Assembly: GCA_040218735.1 (NCBI GenBank)
Contig: JAVJQW010000011.1
Coordinates: forward strand, 128,001 to 192,000
Length of the DNA stretch: 64,000 nucleotides
Direction of reading: 5' to 3'
Origin: Deltaproteobacteria bacterium
GTDB lineage: Bacteria > Myxococcota > Kuafuiibacteriia > Kuafuiibacteriales > Kuafuiibacteriaceae
The translations under genes and the position numbers were made by a program. This document shows positions 57,898 to 64,000 of the stretch, one piece after another; the stretch's first letter is position 1; each line of letters begins with the position of its first letter. The notes below the pieces were generated by a model. The model worked only from the letters and a program-made list of their open reading frames with translations, did not search any database and was not told the origin of the DNA.

Positions 57898-59547
57898 ATG
57901 AAGCGCGCATACAACATCCTCGGCGCCGCGATCGTCGCGAGCGCGTTCGGGTCGACGTCTTGTGACTCGCTGTGCGGAGACGCGAGCTGCCGAATCACCG
58001 AAGCGGAGTGGACCCGCATCAGCTCGCTCGCCGGGCTCGGCGATCCGATGCCGGACCCGGTGAACAAGTACGCGGGCGTCGGCGACGTCGCCGCGGAGAC
58101 ACTCGGGCAGCAGTTCTACTTCGACGGTCGGTTCTCCGGCGTGTCGAGGCAGCGCGACACCCTCGGGCGCTTCGTCGGTACGGGACGTGCGCCGCTCGGT
58201 GACCAGATCAACACGTCGTGCGCGGACTGCCACGACCCGCGCAACGGCGGCACCGACCGCACCTCGTCGCCGGGGCACGTGTCGGTCGGCGCGGGCTGGT
58301 ACGACGTCAACTCGCAGGCGACGGTGAACTCGGCGTACTACCAGGTGAAGTACTGGAACGGTCGCTACGACTCCCTCGTCTGGCAGATCCTCGCGGTGAA
58401 CGAGAGCGGCGTGTCGCAGAACTCGACGCGCCTCAAGGACGCGTGGCTCATCCACGACCTCTACCTCGACGCGTACAACCAGGTGTTCGGCGACGACCAC
58501 CCATTCCCGTTCGACTACCGCGACGACGGCCTCACACGTTCCTCGATGATCTCCATGCTGGAGCCGGACGGGACGTGCACGTTGGTCCAGACTTCGTCGA
58601 CCGCGGACCCGACCTGCCCGCTCGAAACCACGTCCGGCCAACCGCTCTGCCACGAGGTCGACAACGGCGGAACGACGCTCTGCCTCCCGCTATGGCCGCC
58701 GAACGGTAAGCCGGGGAACAAGATCAACGGCGACACGGACTGTGACCTCGCGGCCTTCTCACCGGGTACGGATCCGCAGTCCGACAACTTCGACGCGTTC
58801 GACTGCATGCCCGACGACAACCAGAGCGACATCACGCGGGTGTACGTGAACTTCGCGAAGGCGATCGCCGCGTACGAGTACCTGCTCGTGAGCAAGAACT
58901 CGGCGTTCGACAAGTGGGTCGAAGAAGGCGCGGACTCGGAGCTCATCTCGGCGAGCGCGCGGCGCGGGGCACGGCTGTTCGTCGGCAAGGCAGCTTGCAT
59001 CGACTGTCACAACACGCCGCTGATGTCCGACGACCTGTTCCACAACATCGGCGTTCCGCAGGTCGGCGCCGCGGTGCCGACGGAGGCGGACTGCCCCGAG
59101 GGTGCGAGCTGCGACTGTGTCACGCCGGACTCGAGGAGCTGTCGAGCGTGGGGCGCCTACGGCGGGCTGTTTGCGCTGCAGGGCGGCTCGAACCGCGGCG
59201 ACAACTGCGACAACGCGTTCGTCGACGCGTGCAACGACACGCGCCAGCCCTACTACGACCTGGAGATCACCGACGCCTTCAAGGGCGCGTGGCGCACGCC
59301 GTCGCTGCGTTCGGTCGCGCTGACGGCGCCGTACATGCACAGCGGTGCGCTCCAGACGCTGCAGGACGTCGTCGAGCACTACAACTACGGAGGCACCCGC
59401 GACGGCGCGGCGACCGACCAGCTCTCGGTTCGAATCGCGCCGCTCGGCCTGACGGACCGCGAGATCCTGGACCTCGTGGCGTTCCTCGAATCCCTGAACG
59501 GCGAGGCGCTCCCGCTCGACCTCGTCACCTCACCCGAGTTGCCCTGA
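57898..59547 (+). CDS. Diheme bCcP/MauG-superfamily enzyme, Cys-rich lipoprotein
   Basis: LGQQFYFD-x-RFS, SCADCH, YWNGR, IAAYE, RGARLF-x-GKAACIDCH, FHNIG, WRTPSLR and TAPYMHSG. Confidence 0.9.
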   Translation: MKRAYNILGAAIVASAFGSTSCDSLCGDASCRITEAEWTRISSLAGLGDPMPDPVNKYAGVGDVAAETLGQQFYFDGRFSGVSRQRDTLGRFVGTGRAPLGDQINTSCADCHDPRNGGTDRTSSPGHVSVGAGWYDVNSQATVNSAYYQVKYWNGRYDSLVWQILAVNESGVSQNSTRLKDAWLIHDLYLDAYNQVFGDDHPFPFDYRDDGLTRSSMISMLEPDGTCTLVQTSSTADPTCPLETTSGQPLCHEVDNGGTTLCLPLWPPNGKPGNKINGDTDCDLAAFSPGTDPQSDNFDAFDCMPDDNQSDITRVYVNFAKAIAAYEYLLVSKNSAFDKWVEEGADSELISASARRGARLFVGKAACIDCHNTPLMSDDLFHNIGVPQVGAAVPTEADCPEGASCDCVTPDSRSCRAWGAYGGLFALQGGSNRGDNCDNAFVDACNDTRQPYYDLEITDAFKGAWRTPSLRSVALTAPYMHSGALQTLQDVVEHYNYGGTRDGAATDQLSVRIAPLGLTDREILDLVAFLESLNGEALPLDLVTSPELP

Positions 59548-60065
59548 TGCGAAGAACATCCTGGCTCCTGTGCGCCGCCCTCGGGTGCGCATCGTCCTCC
59601 ACCTCGAACACGATCGAGCCGGACGCACCGCGCCCGAAGGTCGGTGCGGCGTGGTTCACGATGCGCGCGCAGCAGCTCGGCGTCTCCATGACGGACGCGA
59701 AGAAACGCGACGCGACGTTCGACCCGGGGACGGTGCCGACCGACTTCTGGAACCCGGCGACGGCGACGAACACCGGCGCGGTGTGGAACGCGCTGTGCGC
59801 GGAGTGCCACGGCGGCCAGATGGATCCGGGTGACGCCGCGAAGCTCCCCGCGCCCGCGGTGGGCTGGGGCACCGGCACGGGACGCATCTTCGCGGAGGAC
59901 CGCCCGCTGCCGGCGGCGTACGCGAAGATCTTCGACGGCTCCGACGACCCGAAGAAGATGCCGCCGTGGAAGGACAGACTCTCGCGCGAGCAGATCTGGG
60001 CGCTCGTGCACTTCGTCGAGCAGCTCTCGAACACCGCCTCGGCGCGTGTGTACCTCGAAAAGTAG
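59547..60065 (+). CDS. Monoheme cytochrome c lipoprotein (paralog of 50567..51247)
   Basis: Lipobox AALGC, CAECH and MPPW...LSREQIWALV. TGATG coupling to the upstream gene. Confidence 0.87.
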   Translation: MRRTSWLLCAALGCASSSTSNTIEPDAPRPKVGAAWFTMRAQQLGVSMTDAKKRDATFDPGTVPTDFWNPATATNTGAVWNALCAECHGGQMDPGDAAKLPAPAVGWGTGTGRIFAEDRPLPAAYAKIFDGSDDPKKMPPWKDRLSREQIWALVHFVEQLSNTASARVYLEK

Positions 60066-60074
60066 TAGCCGCGG

Positions 60075-60791
60075 TCAGCCCGGCAGCACGCCGGTCTCGA
60101 CCTGGAGCTGGTGAAGGCGCGTTTCGGCGTCGCCGTGGATGCGGACGTCCTTGGCGTTCGCTTCCGCGAGGGCGTGGACGAAGAACTCGTCGAGCGGGTG
60201 GGTGTCGCGTTCGTTCCACGCGTCGACGATCGCCTTGTGTCTCGCCCACCGCTCGAGCGCGAGCTCGACGTGCCCGAGGAACGCGCGCTCGTCTTCCGGT
60301 CGAATCGCGTAGGCGACCGGGCACGCCACCGAGCCGGGGCCGCCCCGTTGGGTGTCGGTCGCCCAGCCGACGGGGTACGTGCGGCACCCGGTCGGGCGCG
60401 CCGCGTAGACGCCGCAGCGCTGGTAGCCGCCGATGTCGACGAGCTGGTTGCACCGCCCGGTCTCGGGGTCATGGATCAGCTCGAGCTCGGCGTGGCCGGT
60501 CCAGCCGACGGCGGCGTGCTGGATGCGGGGGTCCGCCTCGACGGCGAAGCTGTGTTCGTGCGGTGCGACGGTGCGGACGACGAGCGCCGCCGACAGGGGT
60601 ACGTCGATCGACCGACACAGCGCGACGGCGTCGTCCACGGCGACCTTCACGCGCAGGTGGCAGCAGTGCGCCGGGCACACGGCGCAGGGTTCGACGACGG
60701 GTCGGTAGGGCGCGATCTTCGTGGTGGGGACGCCGTTTTCGTCGCAGCGGGGCGTCAACGGGTGCGGCGTCAGGCGAAGCACGTCGGACAC
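60075..60791 (-). CDS. YkgJ-family Cys-cluster (putative Fe-S/Zn) protein
   Basis: CAVCPAHCC...C...RCGVYAARPTGCRTYP. Start uncertain (GTG 60791 or ATG 60839). Confidence 0.8.
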   Translation of the reverse strand: MSDVLRLTPHPLTPRCDENGVPTTKIAPYRPVVEPCAVCPAHCCHLRVKVAVDDAVALCRSIDVPLSAALVVRTVAPHEHSFAVEADPRIQHAAVGWTGHAELELIHDPETGRCNQLVDIGGYQRCGVYAARPTGCRTYPVGWATDTQRGGPGSVACPVAYAIRPEDERAFLGHVELALERWARHKAIVDAWNERDTHPLDEFFVHALAEANAKDVRIHGDAETRLHQLQVETGVLPG

Positions 60792-60902
60792 TCGGCCGAG
60801 GATGCCTGACTTCGCGCGCTTTTGCCGCAACCCGCACATGGCCCCACCGATAACCACAATCAGCGCGGCGTGTCGCTTGTGTCCCTGCGACCCGCCCATC
60901 CC

Positions 60903-60937
60903 CCGCGACGGACGACTGGGCCGGTCGTCCGTCGCGG
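60903..60937. repeat. Perfect 14 bp inverted repeat in a divergent intergenic region
   Basis: CCGCGACGGACGAC-N7-GTCGTCCGTCGCGG. Confidence 0.75.
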
Positions 60938-60965
60938 ATCCCAATTTCCTTCGTATCCTCGCGTC

Positions 60966-61850
60966 ATGCCGGAGCTACCGGACGTCACCGTCTACGTCGA
61001 AGCGCTCGCGGAGCGCGTGGTCGGCGAGGTGCTCGAGAAGATCCGCCTGAAGAGCCCGTTCGTCCTCCGCTCGGTGCGCCCGCGGCCGCGGGTGTTGGAG
61101 GGGAAGACGTGCACGGGGATGCGGCGCATCGGGAAGCGCATCGTCTTCGAGTTCGAGGACGACCTCTTCCTCGTCATCCACCTGATGGTCGCGGGGCGTT
61201 TCAAGTGGGGGAAGAAGGGTGCCGCGGTGCCGGGGCGCATCGGCCTCGGTGCGTTCGACTTCGCGTCGGGCACGTTGTTGTTCACGGAGGCGAGCTCGAA
61301 GAAACGCGCGTCGATTCACGTGGTGGAGGGCGCCGAGAACCTCGCGGAGCACGACCGCGGTGGCTTGGAGGTCATGGGGGTCTCGCTCGCGGCGTTCAAG
61401 GAGCGACTCACGCGCAAGAACCACACCCTCAAACGCGCGATGACCGACCCGCGCATCTTCTCGGGCATCGGTAACGCGTACTCCGACGAGATCCTCTTCC
61501 ACGCGCACCTGTCACCGATGAAACTCACGCAGAAGATCTCGGACGAGGAGATCGAGCGCCTGCACGCCGCGACGCAGTCCACGCTCGAACAGTGGACCCA
61601 GACGCTCCGCGACGAAGCGAAGGCCGGCTTCCCGACCAAGGTCACCGCGTTCCGCGACGAGATGGCGGTGCACGGGAAGTACAAACAGCCGTGCCCCGTG
61701 TGCGGGAACAAGGTGCAGCGCATCGTCTACGCCGAGAACGAGACGAACTACTGCGCGACCTGTCAGAACGGCGGGAAGCTGCTGAAGGACCGGAGCCTGT
61801 CGCGGCTGCTGAAGGACGACTGGCCTAAGACGGTGGAAGATATGGAGTGA
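60966..61850 (+). CDS. Fpg/Nei-family DNA glycosylase
   Basis: MPELPDV, RIGKR, HLMVAG, H2TH GIGNAYSDEIL, and zinc finger CPVC...CATCQ. Confidence 0.93.
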   Translation: MPELPDVTVYVEALAERVVGEVLEKIRLKSPFVLRSVRPRPRVLEGKTCTGMRRIGKRIVFEFEDDLFLVIHLMVAGRFKWGKKGAAVPGRIGLGAFDFASGTLLFTEASSKKRASIHVVEGAENLAEHDRGGLEVMGVSLAAFKERLTRKNHTLKRAMTDPRIFSGIGNAYSDEILFHAHLSPMKLTQKISDEEIERLHAATQSTLEQWTQTLRDEAKAGFPTKVTAFRDEMAVHGKYKQPCPVCGNKVQRIVYAENETNYCATCQNGGKLLKDRSLSRLLKDDWPKTVEDME

Positions 61851-61854
61851 TCCG

Positions 61855-62895
61855 TCAGGGGTCGTACAGCTCGAGATCACCGGCGGAGATGTGGATCTCC
61901 TTCGCCTCGAACGGCGCCTCCAGCTCGGGCGCGGACTCGTCCAGGCGCTGAACCAACAACACCCGCTCCACCTTCTTGCGGATGCAGCCGATGCCCAGGA
62001 GCGCCTGCTCGCGGGCGGTACCGCCGGGGGCGAAGCAGCGGACGACGTCGACCTCCTCCGTGAGGCCGAGCATCGCGAGCTCGGTGAAGAGCTTGGCCTG
62101 GGCGCGGCGGCCGGACTGCCGGGTCCACTGCTCGTCCACGTGGATGATCGTGCGCCCCGTCTCGCTCTTGTAGCGGCGCACGAAGGCGCAAGCGTCGATG
62201 CCCTGCCCCGCGTTCTTTCGGTAGACCCACAGCTCGTAGTCGAAGCGCGGGTCGTCCTTGTAGCGCCACGTGAGCTGCTCGACGGACTTGTCGATGCCCA
62301 GCTCCACGCGCTCCTCCGGGGCAGCCATCGCGCGGCCGAGCGTGGCGAGGATCGCGTCGTCGATCGGCACGGTCGTGATCTTCGTGCGGATGCGGCGCGC
62401 CTCCTTCGCGAGTTTCCTGAACGGCGAGACCGCGCGTCGCGACAGGCGCGACGAGAGCCCCTCCAACCCGATGTAGAGGTTGCGGGCGTTGAGCTCACAG
62501 ACGAAGTCGAAGTCGAGCGACTCGAAGAACGGCTGCGCCCGCTCCGTCGCCGCGATGTAGACGTACGCGAGGCCCTCGTCGCGCGCGCGGCGGACGAGCG
62601 CGTCGATGATCTCCGAGTCGACGTCGAGGTCGCCGCTCGAGCGCCCCAACGCCCCGGTGCCGATCTGCCCCGCCGCGTACTTCTCGCCGGCGACGATCAG
62701 GTCCCCGCGCACCAGGCTGCCGAAACCGCAGATGCGCTCCTGCTCCGCGACGAACACCGCGGGCGCCTCGAACGCGCCGGGCGCGTCGACGTAGCGCCAC
62801 TTCCAGGCGTCCAAGAGGTTACGACGGGAGGAGCGGGTCTCGAAGAGCTCCGCGATCCCTTCCTCGTCGCCCGCGCGGTACTCGCGAACCTTCAC
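61855..62895 (-). CDS. GNAT-fold protein (tandem, probably divergent)
   Basis: VREYR-x-x-D, W-x-WRY-x-x-x-P, and a second L-x-WRY-x-x-x-P; the acetyl-CoA motif is degenerate. Confidence 0.72.
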   Translation of the reverse strand: MKVREYRAGDEEGIAELFETRSSRRNLLDAWKWRYVDAPGAFEAPAVFVAEQERICGFGSLVRGDLIVAGEKYAAGQIGTGALGRSSGDLDVDSEIIDALVRRARDEGLAYVYIAATERAQPFFESLDFDFVCELNARNLYIGLEGLSSRLSRRAVSPFRKLAKEARRIRTKITTVPIDDAILATLGRAMAAPEERVELGIDKSVEQLTWRYKDDPRFDYELWVYRKNAGQGIDACAFVRRYKSETGRTIIHVDEQWTRQSGRRAQAKLFTELAMLGLTEEVDVVRCFAPGGTAREQALLGIGCIRKKVERVLLVQRLDESAPELEAPFEAKEIHISAGDLELYDP

Positions 62896-62900
62896 GGCGC

Positions 62901-62949
62901 ACAGCGTACACACTCGGGGCTCTGCATCGGAGCACCTTGTTCGCGAAAT
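62901..62949 (-). repeat. Decayed copy of 63591..63640 (segment of the 4Fe-4S gene)
   Basis: 45 of 50 aligned columns are identical, with one indel. Confidence 0.85.
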
Positions 62950-63008
62950 CAACACGAGCTTCTGACAAACGCCGTCAGATCCCGTGCCCTCGGACTGAAG
63001 GAGGAGAC

Positions 63009-63446
63009 ATGAACAGACTCCCACTCGTCCCTATCACCGCCCTGCTGCTGGCCTCGGCCTGCGGCGGCCCCGACGACACCTTCGAAACGGCCACGCATTC
63101 GTCGGCCCTGACCCGCGAGATGGCGTCCTACCGCGTGCGCGATGGCGACATCCTCGTCAAACGAGATCCATACCAAGTCGAGGTGCTGGAGCTCGTCGTC
63201 GTTCGGGGCGCCGTTTCGACGAACGACGTGCTGACCACGCAGGTGCCGACGCTCGAGTACACGTGCGATAACGACCCGCCGCAGGCCGGCGACGAGTGTC
63301 AGTGCGACAACAACAAGCCGCCTATCTTCGGAGGTACCTCCTGGGATTGCGTGGAGCTACAACTCGACTGCAAGCCGAAGAAGTACGACAGCGGCACGCA
63401 CGAGTGTTCTGACTGGGAGGGCCCGCCCGTGTGGCCGTTTCCGTAG
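63009..63446 (+). CDS. Small lipoprotein with six-Cys C-terminal domain
   Basis: GGAGGAG Shine-Dalgarno, lipobox LASAC, and six Cys in the last ~60 aa. Confidence 0.78.
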   Translation: MNRLPLVPITALLLASACGGPDDTFETATHSSALTREMASYRVRDGDILVKRDPYQVEVLELVVVRGAVSTNDVLTTQVPTLEYTCDNDPPQAGDECQCDNNKPPIFGGTSWDCVELQLDCKPKKYDSGTHECSDWEGPPVWPFP

Positions 63447-63461
63447 CGCCCTCCAGCTCCC

Positions 63462-64000
63462 TTAGGACTTCGCCTTCGCCTCGCGGATCTGCGCCGCGGA
63501 GGCGAGGAGTGTGTCGTACGCGATCGTGTCGCCGCTGGTGTAGCGGCCGAAGCTCAGCACGCCGGTCGGACACATCTGCACGCACGCCGAACAGCGTACA
63601 CACTCGGGGTCCTGCATCGGGAGCCCCTTGTTCGCAAAATTCATGATGTCGATGCCCTGGTGGCATACCGAGGTGCAGACGTTACAAGAGATGCACTTCT
63701 TCTTCTCGGGGAAGATCCGGAACTTCGTGAAGCGCGCGTAGATGTGCATCAGCGCCGCCAGCGGGCACGCGAAGCGGCACCACACCCGTCCGCTGAACCA
63801 GAAGTAGAAACCCACGCCGACGATGCCCGCGAGGAACAGATCCACCACGTGGTAGTAGTTGAGCTGCACGCCCGCGACCGACCACCCGGACAATAGGCCC
63901 TCGTAGAACGTGCGCGCGGACCGCCCGAACGAAGAGTCCGGCATCCACCAGCTGATCGCACGCGCAGCGAACAGAACGAACGCCGCAAACAACACGACCT
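63462..64000 (-). CDS. Membrane 4Fe-4S protein (NosR/RdxA/NapH-like), 5' end outside window
   Basis: TM helices, RVWCRFACP, CISCNVCTSVC and CVRCSACVQMCP. Confidence 0.88.
   Translation of the reverse strand, partial: VVLFAAFVLFAARAISWWMPDSSFGRSARTFYEGLLSGWSVAGVQLNYYHVVDLFLAGIVGVGFYFWFSGRVWCRFACPLAALMHIYARFTKFRIFPEKKKCISCNVCTSVCHQGIDIMNFANKGLPMQDPECVRCSACVQMCPTGVLSFGRYTSGDTIAYDTLLASAAQIREAKAKS

Noticed and set aside
50567-60065. Methylamine dehydrogenase (mau) or methanobactin (mbn) cluster
   Set aside because: No MauA/MauB, MbnA/B/C, MbnP-like or TonB-dependent receptor gene is recognisable. Only the MauG-like and MauL-like folds are shared.
56469-60065. MtrAB/PioAB-type porin-cytochrome conduit
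   Set aside because: No multiheme cytochrome is present (at most two hemes per protein), and the barrel is much smaller than MtrB.

Overview
This 64 kb window is very GC-rich bacterial chromosome. MYXO-CTERM, PEGA-kinase, DUF4388 and Cys-rich lipoprotein genes point to Myxococcota (inference). It carries about 60 CDS and two tRNA-Leu genes (UAA, GAG). Core genes are purF, rpsP-khpA-rimM-trmD-rplS, rseP, lolC/E, mscL, cca, holA, an mreB without mreCD, gap-pgk-tpiA-secG, pruA and an Fpg/Nei glycosylase, interleaved with many secreted lipoproteins. I see no CRISPR array, integrase or transposase. The best candidate for an undescribed system is the divergent cluster at 50.6-60.1 kb. Its left arm is Ser/Thr kinase-PEGA, an output-less Cache-like membrane protein, a MauL-like cupredoxin and a cytochrome c. 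Its right arm is TPR-DUF4388, an outer-membrane beta-barrel, an atypical MauG-type diheme enzyme and a second cytochrome c; the two terminal cytochromes are clear paralogs. Other oddities: a P-loop-less, membrane-anchored SMC/Rad50-like protein; a histidine kinase whose stop codon lies inside tRNA-Leu(UAA); an SGNH hydrolase coupled to a lipase-foldase-like gene; a TsdA/SoxA-like diheme cytochrome; a ~50 bp decayed duplicate of a 4Fe-4S gene segment flanking an orphan lipoprotein; and seven TTGAC-N17 promoter candidates that all lack the -7 T. All family calls come from reading motifs by eye, not from database searches.
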